Shown in pieces: positions 19,401 to 29,142 of a stretch of DNA of 64,000 nucleotides. Both the position numbers and the translations under genes were made by a program. The stretch comes from Patescibacteria group bacterium (GTDB taxonomy: Bacteria > Patescibacteriota > Minisyncoccia > Moranbacterales > DUUL01): NCBI GenBank assembly GCA_034658815.1, contig JAYEFY010000020.1:11966-75965 (forward strand), read 5' to 3'. The notes beneath the pieces are model-generated. The model made no database searches and was not told the origin of the DNA. It saw only the letters and a program-made list of their open reading frames with translations. Every line of letters begins with the position of its first letter. Positions within the stretch are counted from its first letter, which is position 1.

Positions 19401-19462
19401 CCCTGCCTCATCAGCAGGCAGGCTACCTACCGCTTGCGAGGGGCAAGGCGTTGGTTCTGCCT
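19401..19462. repeat. GC-rich CCTGCC/GGCAGG box (member of the dispersed GC-rich repeat family)
   Basis: CCCTGCCTCATCAGCAGGCAGGCTACCTACCGCTTGCGAGGGGCAAGGCG.. sits in AT-rich intergenic DNA, followed at 19487-19510 by AGTTAGTTTGGTAACAGTTCC. Confidence 0.7.
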
Positions 19463-19573
19463 AGATGAGATTAGGAAATTTTTAGCAGAAGTTAGTTTGG
19501 TAACAGTTCCTTTTATTATAAATCACGCTCAAAGCATATCATATGATCCGCCTTGAATCAATCGGAAGTGATC

Positions 19574-19640
19574 TTAGAGCCTGTCTAAAAAGTCCATATT
19601 CTGCTGTAAATTTCAGATTCCGGCCGCAAATTGTTGATCT
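19574..19640. repeat. Partial copy 4 of the TIR-bounded element (left terminus TTAGAGCCTGTCTAAAAAG plus internal AAATTTCAGATTCCGGCCGCAAATTG)
   Basis: Left end and internal block match copies 1 and 2. The right terminus is not recognisable. Confidence 0.5.
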
Positions 19641-19827
19641 CATTTGGCTCATTAAAGCATTGCTTTTTTTGTCAATAATACCAATATATCAATAACGCAG
19701 CCTATATGAATCACGGACTGCTTTTTTTATCCCACACTTTGCCAGAATACTCCGTTGCTTGCAACGGGGATGAATGGCTACGTAAATCCTTAAGGGGCTT
19801 AGCATCCCGTTTTGTAAGGTGTGGGAT

Positions 19828-21081
19828 TTATTCCTTCCTTAACGCGTCCATCGGGCTTAATCGTGCCGCTTTGATAGCCGGATATATTCCGAAAATTACT
19901 CCCGTCAAGCTGGAAAAGGAAAGCGCGACCATAACAGACCAAAGCGTAACTTTGAATTCCAAAAAGTATCCCATCCTAAAGGCCGCGTATTCAGCGCCCA
20001 GCGAAACTAAAACTCCCACAATCACTCCAGCGATGCCTCCCAATAATGTCAAAAAAATAGCTTCGAACAAAAACTGCGCCAATATGCCGGAGTTTCTGGC
20101 TCCTACTGATTTCCTGAGTCCGATTTCAAAATACCTTTCTATGACCGTCACATACATAACATTCATGATCCCCGCCCCTCCAACAACAAGAGAAATGGAA
20201 GTGAGCGATAAAAGTAAAATATTGAGAACGGTAAAAACCTGCTCCAGTATGCCTTTGGCTTCAGCCATGGACATCACCGCGAAATCATCATCATCCGGAT
20301 CATCAATGTCATGCTGCTTTCTCATAATATCGTTCATTTGAATCGTAGTCAGTTCCGCTTTTTTCTCGTCTTTCATTTTAAACATAGCAAAAGTTATGTG
20401 ATCAGCTCCCATAACTTTTTTCTGCAGTGTTTTCAGTGGAACATAAATCAGCTTGTCAAAATCAAAAAAGCTGATAGCGCCTCTCTCTTTCAGCACGCCC
20501 ATCACCCTAAATGACTTTCCCCTTATCTTTATATTTTTTCCCACAGCATCTTCCTTTCCAAAAAAGGATTCTTTTATTCCACTTCCCAAGACCACTACTT
20601 GCTTCAGACCATCATCATCTTCTTCTGTGAACATTCTCCCAAATTCAATTTCCATTTTTTCGTCCACTTGAATAACATCCGCGGTTGTTCCCATAGTAAG
20701 AACTTGTTTGTTCTTATTTTTATAGCTGGTTATATCCTGGCTCATAATTCCCCCGTACCAAGCGCCAACGTTGGACAGTTTCGCGATTTCCTCAGCGTCT
20801 TCAATCTTTAAGGTCGTGATCTGCACTCCGCCCACCATGCCCCCTATATTTTGAGCGGATGTCTGGGCGGTTTTGGGAGTTTTAATTTCAATTTCAATAA
20901 TATCCGACCCGAAAGCTTCAATTTGGGAAATTACAAATCCTCTCACTCCCGCCCCCAGCGACAGAACGATTATTACCGCCGCCACTCCGATCACGATTCC
21001 CGTCAGCGAAAAAACCGTCCGCCCGACATTGGAACGAAGGCTTCTTAAGGCTAGTTTAATTGAGGTTAGTATTTCATGCAT
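19828..21081 (-). CDS. ABC transporter permease, MacB/FtsX family
   Basis: 417 aa. N-terminal TM, a large extracytoplasmic domain, and a C-terminal FtsX-like 3-TM bundle. Confidence 0.85.
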   Translation of the reverse strand: MHEILTSIKLALRSLRSNVGRTVFSLTGIVIGVAAVIIVLSLGAGVRGFVISQIEAFGSDIIEIEIKTPKTAQTSAQNIGGMVGGVQITTLKIEDAEEIAKLSNVGAWYGGIMSQDITSYKNKNKQVLTMGTTADVIQVDEKMEIEFGRMFTEEDDDGLKQVVVLGSGIKESFFGKEDAVGKNIKIRGKSFRVMGVLKERGAISFFDFDKLIYVPLKTLQKKVMGADHITFAMFKMKDEKKAELTTIQMNDIMRKQHDIDDPDDDDFAVMSMAEAKGILEQVFTVLNILLLSLTSISLVVGGAGIMNVMYVTVIERYFEIGLRKSVGARNSGILAQFLFEAIFLTLLGGIAGVIVGVLVSLGAEYAAFRMGYFLEFKVTLWSVMVALSFSSLTGVIFGIYPAIKAARLSPMDALRKE

Positions 21082-21098
21082 AAATCGTGCAACTCGCT

Positions 21099-21265
21099 TC
21101 TTGTAACTTATAACTCAAGATTAAATTTTTTTTTTATTCCTATCCCCCTTTTCTTTTCTCTTTCCCCCTTTGTAAAAGGGGGATCAAGGGGGATTTTGAG
21201 AGAGGGTTTCTTGGGTTATCTCGCCTACCGGGAGGCAGGCAAGTTACAAGCTTTGAGTTATAAGA
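21099..21265. repeat. Inverted-repeat-flanked intergenic insert between the two permease genes, with CCCCCTTTGTAAAAGGGGG hairpin and GC-rich GCCTACCGGGAGGCAGGCAAG box
   Basis: Left CTTGTAACTTATAACTCAAG and right CAAGTTACAAGCTTTGAGTTATAAG share two reverse-complementary 10-11-mers. Confidence 0.6.
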
Positions 21266-22513
21266 CTATTCGTATCTTAGCGATTCCATCGGACTGATAC
21301 GCGAGGCTTTGTAGGCCGGATATAATCCAAAAATTATTCCGATTAAAATGGAAACGGTAACCGCGATGACGATGGACCAGATTGAAATTAAGAACGGCCA
21401 GTTATATCCCAGTGATTGAATAACTACGGAAGCCAAAAGCGATATTGATACTCCTAAAATTATTCCGATCGTTCCTCCCAAAAAAGAAACGGTGGCCGAT
21501 TCAACCAAAAACTGCATCATAACATCGGTATTTTTCGCACCCAATGCTTTCCTTAATCCGACTTCTCTTATTCTTTGGTTCACCGTAATAAGCATAATGT
21601 TCATAATTCCCACTCCTCCGACAACCAGTGCCACGGAGCCTATGGCTAATAAAAAATATCTCAAGACATCGGTGATATCGCCTATCATTTCAACCGCCGA
21701 TGCTTGATCGCGAATCGTAAAATCATCATTGATCGGATCGTCAATATCGTGTTGATTTCTTAAAGTTACTTTAGCGTTGGCGACCGCAGAATCAACCAGA
21801 TCAGCTGATTTTACTTTCAGGCGGATAAATCCCAGATGATTAATTCCTAAAATTATTCTTTGGGCAGTGCGAAGTGGAATAAAAATACCGTCATCTTGGC
21901 TGGATACTCCAAAAGCCGTTGAGCCTCTTTCCTCAAAAACGCCGATGACGGTAAAATTATGCTTGTTGATTTTTACTTTCTTGTTTAACGAATTGACGGA
22001 GCCGAATAGATCTTCGGCGAGGCTGCTTCCCAATACCGCCACACGGGCCAAATTTCTCTCTTCGCCTTCAGTGAAAAATCTTCCCTGGGCGATTTCCGCG
22101 CTTTCTACGTCAATGTAACTGACAGTTGTTCCCGTAAATGATGCGTTTAAGTCGGTTTTCTCTTGGGAAACCGAAACAGTGCTCATTACATATCCGGCCG
22201 CCTCCTCAACTTCCGGGACATTTCTTCTTTTATTTAAAGCCAGCAGATCTTCATATTTAAGAGTGGTGGACGAAATTCCCATCAAAGCCGCCGGCGGGCC
22301 TTCTTCCTCCGAAGCGCCGGGCAAAATTCCGATTAAATTTGAGCCTACGCCCTTTACTTGATCTAAAATTAGTTCTTGGGCGGACTGGCCAATGGCCATA
22401 ATAATTATAACCGAAGCCACTCCGATAATAGTTCCCAGAATAGTTAAAAAAGAACGGAATTTCACCGCCAATAAATTCTTACAAGAAATTTTTACCGGAT
22501 TTATAATTTGCAT
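21266..22513 (-). CDS. ABC transporter permease, MacB/FtsX family (paralogue)
   Basis: 415 aa. Same architecture as 19828-21081. Confidence 0.85.
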   Translation of the reverse strand: MQIINPVKISCKNLLAVKFRSFLTILGTIIGVASVIIIMAIGQSAQELILDQVKGVGSNLIGILPGASEEEGPPAALMGISSTTLKYEDLLALNKRRNVPEVEEAAGYVMSTVSVSQEKTDLNASFTGTTVSYIDVESAEIAQGRFFTEGEERNLARVAVLGSSLAEDLFGSVNSLNKKVKINKHNFTVIGVFEERGSTAFGVSSQDDGIFIPLRTAQRIILGINHLGFIRLKVKSADLVDSAVANAKVTLRNQHDIDDPINDDFTIRDQASAVEMIGDITDVLRYFLLAIGSVALVVGGVGIMNIMLITVNQRIREVGLRKALGAKNTDVMMQFLVESATVSFLGGTIGIILGVSISLLASVVIQSLGYNWPFLISIWSIVIAVTVSILIGIIFGLYPAYKASRISPMESLRYE

Positions 22514-22519
22514 AAAATT

Positions 22520-23257
22520 TTACTTCAGTGCTTCTCCCTCTCTCGCTTCCGCCTGTTTTTCAACTATTTTATCCAAAACGATTTTTCCGTCTTTCATTTC
22601 CAATATTCTTTTGGCGTGCTGAGCAGTATAGGTTTCGTGGGTTACTAAAACAATAGTATGCCCTTGATCATTAAGTTTTTGCAATATCCTCATTATCTGG
22701 ACTCCCGCTTTTGAATCCAGATTTCCCGTCGGCTCATCGGCGAAAATGATATCCGGATTATTCACCAATGCCCGCGCGATAGCCACCCTCTGTTTTTCTC
22801 CCCCGGAAAGCTGGTTGGAAAAATGATTGATCCTATGGCTCATCATTGTTGCTTCCAGCGCTTCCAGAATTTTTTCCTTATTTTTTCTACGGCTGGAAAG
22901 TTCCCGATCGTATAAAAGCGGCAATTCCACATTTTCAAAAACAGTCGTGCGCGGAAGAAGATTAAAAGTTTGGAAAACAAATCCGATCTTTTTATTCCTG
23001 ATCTCTGCCAATTCATCATCGGAAAATTTTTTAGAGTTTTTTCCCTCAAAAAAATATTCGCCCGATGTCGGACGGTCCAGCAATCCCAGCATATGCATCA
23101 AGGTGGATTTTCCTGATCCGGAAGGACCCATAATCGCCACGAATTCTCCGCTTTGAATATCAAAAGAAACTCCGTCCAGTGCCCGGGTTTCCACGCCGTC
23201 CCCGCCGTATATTTTAGTTAAATTCTTGACTCGGATTAGAGGTGTTGACATAAGCAA
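22520..23257 (-). CDS. ABC transporter ATP-binding protein (MacB/LolD-type)
   Basis: 245 aa. Walker [13 protein letters not shown] signature [15 protein letters not shown]. Walker [13 protein letters not shown]. Confidence 0.92.
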   Translation of the reverse strand: MLMSTPLIRVKNLTKIYGGDGVETRALDGVSFDIQSGEFVAIMGPSGSGKSTLMHMLGLLDRPTSGEYFFEGKNSKKFSDDELAEIRNKKIGFVFQTFNLLPRTTVFENVELPLLYDRELSSRRKNKEKILEALEATMMSHRINHFSNQLSGGEKQRVAIARALVNNPDIIFADEPTGNLDSKAGVQIMRILQKLNDQGHTIVLVTHETYTAQHAKRILEMKDGKIVLDKIVEKQAEAREGEALK

Positions 23258-23288
23258 GTATTATATATCCTACAAAGCTATAAATATT

Positions 23289-24290
23289 TTATTCTTTTTT
23301 TACAAGCATTACTACTTCATCTCCTTCTTTCAATCCCGAAATAATTTCAACATTCCCGTCGTCTCCGCGCAAGCCGGTTTTTACTTCAACTTTTTTTACT
23401 TCGCCGTTTTCTAAAAGAACTTGAACAATTTTCGCGCCGTTCTCGCTTTCCACCGCCCTCTCCGGAACTACCAAAACACTATTTTCTTGGGCTGTAAGAA
23501 TATCAATATCGGCGCTCATTCCTGTTTTAAGCCGCTGGTCAATATTTTCCAGTTTTAACTTAACTTTATAATAAACAACATCCTGAATTATAGTGGCGGC
23601 CGGTTCAATCTCAAAGATCTCCGCTTTGAATATTTCATCGGAAGGCAAAGCGTCAAAAGTGATATCGGCTTTCTGCCCCAGGCTGACTTCCGCTATGTCC
23701 GATTCCGGAATATCGGCTTCTATTTTAAGTTCCCCTCTTTGAATAATAGAAACAACTGTTGCGCCTATACCGGTAACTTCCCCGGGTTCTGCGTTGCGCT
23801 CCGACACAATACCTTTAATGGGAGAATGTAAAACTGTTTTTCCAAGCTGTTCTCTGGTTATTTGGACACTGGCGCGCGCTTGATCTACCGCCAGTTTTTT
23901 AGCCGCTCTTTCTTCCGGTTTCAGATCATCCCATTTTCTTCGGCTAAGACCCAGATTTTCCCGCTGTATATCCAACGCTACTTGCGCGCCCCAAAGTTGT
24001 GCTTTAATAACGCCATCGCCAATCATGGCAACAACTTGTCCATCTTCTACTTCATCGCCCACTTTAACCTCAATTGATCTGATCTTCCCTCCAGTTTCAA
24101 AAGCCAAGTCCGCTCGCTTTTCCGGCGTTATCTCACCGGTAACGGAAATTGTTCGAAAAATGTCATTTTTTTGAACAACTTCCGTTATATATTCCTCTTT
24201 TTCTCCTCCACGATTCAAAACTACAACAATTATTATAATAACAGTTATCGCCAGTAACGACCAAAGCGCAATTTTTCTATTTTTTGCCAT
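23289..24290 (-). CDS. HlyD/MacA-family periplasmic adaptor (membrane fusion protein)
   Basis: 333 aa. N-terminal TM, coiled-coil hairpin, and lipoyl/beta-barrel segments typical of MFPs. First gene of the adaptor-ATPase-permease-permease operon. Confidence 0.8.
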   Translation of the reverse strand: MAKNRKIALWSLLAITVIIIIVVVLNRGGEKEEYITEVVQKNDIFRTISVTGEITPEKRADLAFETGGKIRSIEVKVGDEVEDGQVVAMIGDGVIKAQLWGAQVALDIQRENLGLSRRKWDDLKPEERAAKKLAVDQARASVQITREQLGKTVLHSPIKGIVSERNAEPGEVTGIGATVVSIIQRGELKIEADIPESDIAEVSLGQKADITFDALPSDEIFKAEIFEIEPAATIIQDVVYYKVKLKLENIDQRLKTGMSADIDILTAQENSVLVVPERAVESENGAKIVQVLLENGEVKKVEVKTGLRGDDGNVEIISGLKEGDEVVMLVKKE

Positions 24291-24337
24291 ATTTATTGAA
24301 TTATTTCGATATATTGCAGTTATTTTCGAATTATCTT

Positions 24338-25174
24338 TTACTTTTTGCGTGACAATCGCAAAACATTTTTTAAGAGTGTTGCGACAGTTACCAGTCCAAC
24401 GCCTCCCGGAACCGGCGTAACGTATAATGCAACTTCCGATACATTATCAAAATCAACATCTCCGCGTATTATGCCATTTTCTTGATTAACACCGACATCG
24501 ATAACCACGGTTCCGGATTTTACCATATTTTTTGTTATAAGATGTTTCTTGCCGGCTGCCACCACAAGAATATCAGCGTTGCGAGTATGTCTTTTAAGGT
24601 CTCTTGTTTTATCATGGCATATCACCGTTGTCGCTCCTTTTTCAACCAGCATAAGCGCAATTGGCTTACCGGCAATGTTGGAGCTTCCGACCACAACAGC
24701 GTCTTTCCCTTTGATAGCGGCATTACATTCTTTGAGTATTTTCATTACGGCCAAAGCGGTAACCGGAATTACTCTTGCTTCTTCACTTCCATATTCACAA
24801 AACAGGCCAAAATTCAGCGGGTGCAAGCAATCAACATCTTTCTCGGGATCAATTCTTTCAAGAGCTTCCCGTTCAATAATTTGCTTTGGCAGAGGAAGCT
24901 GAATTAGAATGGCATCAACGTCCACATCACCATTAAGCCTATCTATTTCGGCAAGCAAATTCCGGTGAGTTATGTTCTCCGAAAGAACGATTTTTCTTGA
25001 TTTAATTCCCGCTCGAACACACTGCTCTTCCTTTTTATGGATATATGTCTCGCTGGACGGATCTTCTCCAACCAAAAACATTGCCAAAACAGGTTTTCTG
25101 TCCATTAACTCTGTTTCACTGCGAACTTCATCTATAATTTTCTCCGCAATAGCTTTGCAGTTAACCGCGTGCAT
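24338..25174 (-). CDS. folD: Bifunctional 5,10-methylene-THF dehydrogenase/cyclohydrolase
   Basis: 278 aa. ...DAILIQLPLP..., NAD(P) site VVVGSSNIAGKP, ...TPVPGGVGLVT... Confidence 0.9.
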   Translation of the reverse strand: MHAVNCKAIAEKIIDEVRSETELMDRKPVLAMFLVGEDPSSETYIHKKEEQCVRAGIKSRKIVLSENITHRNLLAEIDRLNGDVDVDAILIQLPLPKQIIEREALERIDPEKDVDCLHPLNFGLFCEYGSEEARVIPVTALAVMKILKECNAAIKGKDAVVVGSSNIAGKPIALMLVEKGATTVICHDKTRDLKRHTRNADILVVAAGKKHLITKNMVKSGTVVIDVGVNQENGIIRGDVDFDNVSEVALYVTPVPGGVGLVTVATLLKNVLRLSRKK

Positions 25175-25223
25175 TATTATTGATAACTTCTAAAATATTA
25201 TTGAATCCGCGTTTTATGATTTT

Positions 25224-25637
25224 TTACCAGCGTTGATAAAAAGTCTTAAGCGCGAAATAAAGCATTGCCAAACCATAGATGATCACAATAGAAATTCCGA
25301 TCCAATAACACGGGCTGCCAAATAATCCGTTATTTCCATCATGTAAAAACACGGAAAGCCCAAAAAACACAACTGCGATCGGAATAAAATATTTCGAAAA
25401 TGATATAAGTTCTTTCCACTCTTTTTCAGATCCAACGATTCTCAAAAACATTGAGACAGTTAAAATGACAAGTGAAACAATAAATAGCATGTTACTGGCT
25501 GTTGATGTATTTATTGAATTTTGTCCCAACCGCATCATCTCCCCATGAGGAAAAAATGAATCGATTATAACAACAATCAAAAACAAAAAAAGCGCCACTA
25601 TGATCCCCAATCTTGAAATCGACTTAAGTGCTTTCAT
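25224..25637 (-). CDS. Small membrane protein (4 TM), unknown function
   Basis: 137 aa, hydrophobic. Confidence 0.4.
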   Translation of the reverse strand: MKALKSISRLGIIVALFLFLIVVIIDSFFPHGEMMRLGQNSINTSTASNMLFIVSLVILTVSMFLRIVGSEKEWKELISFSKYFIPIAVVFFGLSVFLHDGNNGLFGSPCYWIGISIVIIYGLAMLYFALKTFYQRW

Positions 25638-25653
25638 TTGTCGTAATCAACTA

Positions 25654-26901
25654 TTAGGCGCTTGGAATTGGAAACTGTAGACAAAATTCATGTACTTCGT
25701 TCTTTATCTTTTTTAAAGATACTTTACCGTCTTTACACTCAATCGTTTTATTGACCCAACCGACAATTTTTTTTACTTCTTCTTCTTTCATTCCGCGTGT
25801 TGTCATGGCAGGTGTCCCAAACCGTACTCCGGAAGGATTCATCGGCGGATTTGGATCGTTCGGAACTGTTGACCGGCTCACCGATATTCCAATCCTTTCA
25901 AGCAATTGTTCAACTTCCTTTCCCGTAATTCCCTTGTTTGCCATATCAACAACCATGAGATGATTATCGGTTCCACCGGAAATTACTTTGTAGTCCATTT
26001 TTAAAAATTCATCAGCCATTGTTCGCGCATTTATAATAACTTGTTTGGCATATTGCTTAAAATCTTCTCCAAGCGCTTCTCCAAATGCAACTGCCTTAGC
26101 CGCCGTAATATGGTCATGGGGACCGCCTTGTATTCCCGGAAACACAGCTCTGTTAACATCATTCGCGTATTTCTCTTTACACATTATTATTGCCCCGCGC
26201 GGACCGCGAAGCGTTTTGTGCGTTGTTGTTGAAACAACATCAAACAAAGGAACCGGATTATCCATTTTTCCCGCGGAGATCAGACCGGCTGTATGCGCGA
26301 TATCAGCAAATGTATACGCGCTAATCTCGTCAGCAATTTCCTTAAAACGCTTCCATTTTATCTCGCGGGAATATGCGCTGAATCCGGCAACGATCATTTT
26401 CGGCTTTTCTTTTCTGGCAATTTTCGCAACTTCTTCCATATCTATCCTTCCAGTTTCAGAATCAACCTCATATTGAACAAAATTATAAAGCATCCCGGAA
26501 AAATTCACCGGATGGCCATGCGACAAATGGCCTCCATGATCAAGCTTTAGCCCCATCACCTTGTCTCCCGGTTTCAGAAAAGCAAAGTAAACAGCGGCAT
26601 TGGCCGGTGATCCTGAAAGGGGCTGTACATTTACACATTCGGCGTTAAATAATTTTTTCGCGCGCTGAATCGCAATATTCTCAACATCATCTATGATCCA
26701 GTTTCCACCATAGTACCTATGTCCGGGATATCCTTCGGAGTATTTGTTCGTTAATACGGTTCCCATTGTTTCAAGCACCGCTTTGGAAACGTAATTTTCG
26801 GACGCAATAAGCTCTAACTCACCTGCCTGACGCCGGGCTTCACGCCGTACAACATCCATTACTTCAGGATCTTGTTTTTCAAGAAATTTATAGGTTAACA
26901 C
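25654..26901 (-). CDS. glyA: Serine hydroxymethyltransferase
   Basis: 415 aa. LIASENYVS...GYPGHRYYGG...TTTHKTLRGPRG (PLP-lysine region). Confidence 0.95.
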   Translation of the reverse strand: MLTYKFLEKQDPEVMDVVRREARRQAGELELIASENYVSKAVLETMGTVLTNKYSEGYPGHRYYGGNWIIDDVENIAIQRAKKLFNAECVNVQPLSGSPANAAVYFAFLKPGDKVMGLKLDHGGHLSHGHPVNFSGMLYNFVQYEVDSETGRIDMEEVAKIARKEKPKMIVAGFSAYSREIKWKRFKEIADEISAYTFADIAHTAGLISAGKMDNPVPLFDVVSTTTHKTLRGPRGAIIMCKEKYANDVNRAVFPGIQGGPHDHITAAKAVAFGEALGEDFKQYAKQVIINARTMADEFLKMDYKVISGGTDNHLMVVDMANKGITGKEVEQLLERIGISVSRSTVPNDPNPPMNPSGVRFGTPAMTTRGMKEEEVKKIVGWVNKTIECKDGKVSLKKIKNEVHEFCLQFPIPSA

Positions 26902-26925
26902 AGAAAGAATTAAGTCAATATTTAA

Positions 26926-27348
26926 TTATTTTTCCAAACTAAAAAAATAATGCCACCAGTAGTAGTAATTTGCATGATGAACTATCACCTGCAACTCATT
27001 CTCCTTTTCGCTTTGAGTCGGCCTCCCTGAGAGTCCATGTTCTTTAACCAAAACCAGCTGTTCTCCTTCTTTGATCAGATTGAGCTTGTCTTTTACTTCT
27101 TTTTCCTTAAAATCATCCGTTTGAAGATAGGCTATAAGTCCATCTAAGTCTTGATTTTCCTGGCTTAGCCTGTCAATTTCCGTCTGAAGCCCTTCAACTT
27201 CCTTATCAATCTTATTTTGCTTGTATATCTGATGAGATAATTTGTAAGTAATAAAAAAAAGCAAAACCAAAAGAAACCCTGCTAGAATAAGATAAGAAAT
27301 TACTTTCATAATTGAACGCTTCTTTGTTGTCTCGCTCTTCTGTCTCAT
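26926..27348 (-). CDS. FtsB/DivIC-like septum formation initiator (TM plus coiled coil)
   Basis: 140 aa. TM ISYLILAGFLLVLLFFITY followed by a leucine-zipper-like coiled coil. The Met at 27309 is an alternative start. Confidence 0.45.
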   Translation of the reverse strand: MRQKSETTKKRSIMKVISYLILAGFLLVLLFFITYKLSHQIYKQNKIDKEVEGLQTEIDRLSQENQDLDGLIAYLQTDDFKEKEVKDKLNLIKEGEQLVLVKEHGLSGRPTQSEKENELQVIVHHANYYYWWHYFFSLEK

Positions 27349-27402
27349 TGCCGTAAAACATCAAAATCGAACAGTGAACAATTAATGAATATTGGGACTG
27401 TT

Positions 27403-27430
27403 TGCCCCGCTCTGCTCGCAAGCAGCGGGG
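27403..27430. repeat. GC-rich hairpin GCCCCGCTCTGCTCGCAAGCAGCGGGGC (GC-rich repeat family member)
   Basis: 7-bp GC stem with an internal palindromic CTGC..GCAG, sitting next to the GGGACTGTTTGCCCC motif. Confidence 0.6.
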
Positions 27431-27682
27431 CAACGCCCTGCCGTTCACGAATAGCGGGGAAAACACCTTAAAAAATCATAGCGATTGTAATAGAGGAACG
27501 ATCGTAAAAAGCACCATTCCCAATACCGCGATCAGGGATATGATAATCCAAACAACTCTAACTTTTTTTCTTGTTCGCTTAAGCATACGTTTATTATACC
27601 ATATTGTATCTTATATTAAAACGCATTTGCTTGTTTTTAGCAAATATGGGACTATTCACAAACTAGCTTCCTGCCTTTCGTT

Positions 27683-27710
27683 TGCCATGCCATTGACTTT
27701 GCGCTGTTGA
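27683..27710 (+). promoter_or_regulatory. Sigma70-like promoter for rpmH (TTGACT -16 nt- TACAAT)
   Basis: Near-consensus -35 and -10 hexamers about 60 nt upstream of the rpmH ATG. Confidence 0.55.
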
Positions 27711-27770
27711 GTGATACAATTTTATTTAGTGAAAAAACTGAGATCAAAAAATTAGTAATGTAGGATTATT

Positions 27771-27908
27771 ATGCCAAAACGAACGTATCAACCAAAAAAG
27801 AAGCGTCGAGCGCGCAGACACGGTTTTTTGAAGCGCTCTCTGACTAAAGACGGGCGCAACGTGATCAAGAGAAGAAGGAGAAAAGGGCGGAAACGGCTTT
27901 CAGTTTAA
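27771..27908 (+). CDS. rpmH: 50S ribosomal protein L34
   Basis: 45-aa ORF below the ORF-track size cutoff: [45 protein letters not shown]. Confidence 0.9.
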   Translation: MPKRTYQPKKKRRARRHGFLKRSLTKDGRNVIKRRRRKGRKRLSV

Positions 27909-27937
27909 AGTAAGGATGTTGAATTTATTATGCACTT

Positions 27938-28291
27938 ATGTTATCAAAACATTATCGCCTTAAAAGTACAAGTGATATTAGAAATGTTTTCGCAAATGGA
28001 AAATCGACTCGGTGCGGTTTTTTGTTTTTGAGGTATTTTCCGAATTCGTTGAGTACTACTCGAGTCATGCTTAGTATCGGTTCATCATATTCGAAAAATG
28101 CCGTCAAAAGAAACGCGATAAGACGAAAATTCCGAGTAATATCCTCAAAACACATCAAAAATATAAAAAAGGGTTATGATTGCGTGTTTTTTCTAAGGAA
28201 AGCTGGTGCCGAAAATATTAATTCTATTGAAACACTTGAGAAACATATTCTTAAATGCCTTAAAAAAGCAGATTTGCTAAGAAATAAATAA
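27938..28291 (+). CDS. rnpA: RNase P protein component
   Basis: 117 aa, basic. ...LSKHYRLKSTSDIRNVF...LSIGSSYSKNAVKRNAIRRKFR... Confidence 0.85.
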   Translation: MLSKHYRLKSTSDIRNVFANGKSTRCGFLFLRYFPNSLSTTRVMLSIGSSYSKNAVKRNAIRRKFRVISSKHIKNIKKGYDCVFFLRKAGAENINSIETLEKHILKCLKKADLLRNK

Positions 28292-28319
28292 TGGGACTAC
28301 TCCCATAATACCTTAAATT

Positions 28320-29123
28320 ATGATCGGTTTCATCAAAACATTTTTTTCATTTCTCGTTTTTCAGCCGTTATATAACGCGCTGATCATCCTGTATGTAATT
28401 ATTCCTGATATTGGCGCCGCAATAATCCTGCTTACGGTTATTATCCGCTTTTTGCTGGTGCCCATTTCAAAAAAATCGATTGCTTCCCAGAAAAGAATGC
28501 AGGATATCCAGCCGGAATTGAAAAAGATCCAAAAAAAATACAAGCATGACAGAGCGCTACAAGGGAAAAAAGTCATGGAATTTTATAAAGAGAAAAAAGT
28601 CAATCCGACATCGGGATGTCTGCCTATGATCATTCAGCTTGTGTTTTTGATTGCGTTATACCGCGTATTTATAGTTGGGCTTGGTCCGGATGCTCCAACT
28701 GAGTTATTATATAGTTTCGTCAAGAATCCCGGGCAATTGAATCCGATTGCTTTTGGTTTTTTTGACCTATCAGTACCAAGTATTCCTTTAGCGGTTGTTG
28801 CCGCTGCCTTGCAATTTTATCAAGCAAAAATGATGATGAGAAAACAAGAAAAAGAAAAAGAAAAAAGAAAAGATAAGAAGGATGGCAAGAATAAAGACAA
28901 GGGTGAAACCGAACCGGATTTTTCTACAATGATACAGCAACAACTTGTTTACATGGGACCTGTCATAACATTAATAATTGGCGTGCAATTTGCCGCCGGT
29001 TTGATCCTATACTGGGCCATAACAACAATATTTATGATCGTTCAGCAGCATTTTGTTCTCAGTGAGGATGATAAGAAAGAAGAAAAGTTGAACAAGCGTT
29101 TAGCGCCATCTGGCAATAAATAA
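28320..29123 (+). CDS. yidC: Membrane protein insertase YidC (short Oxa1-type form)
   Basis: 267 aa. 5-TM YidC core (...RFLLVPISKKSIASQKRMQDIQPELKKIQKKYKHD...CLPMIIQLVFLIALYRVF...). Synteny rpmH-rnpA-yidC-jag. Confidence 0.9.
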   Translation: MIGFIKTFFSFLVFQPLYNALIILYVIIPDIGAAIILLTVIIRFLLVPISKKSIASQKRMQDIQPELKKIQKKYKHDRALQGKKVMEFYKEKKVNPTSGCLPMIIQLVFLIALYRVFIVGLGPDAPTELLYSFVKNPGQLNPIAFGFFDLSVPSIPLAVVAAALQFYQAKMMMRKQEKEKEKRKDKKDGKNKDKGETEPDFSTMIQQQLVYMGPVITLIIGVQFAAGLILYWAITTIFMIVQQHFVLSEDDKKEEKLNKRLAPSGNK

Positions 29124-29142
29124 CTATATAAATTATACTGCG

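Noticed and set aside
27476-27586. 36-aa hydrophobic ORF (MLKRTRKKVRVVWIISLIAVLGMVLFTIVPLLQSL) on the minus strand
   Set aside because: It is a plausible small membrane protein but too short, and without an RBS, to support from sequence alone.
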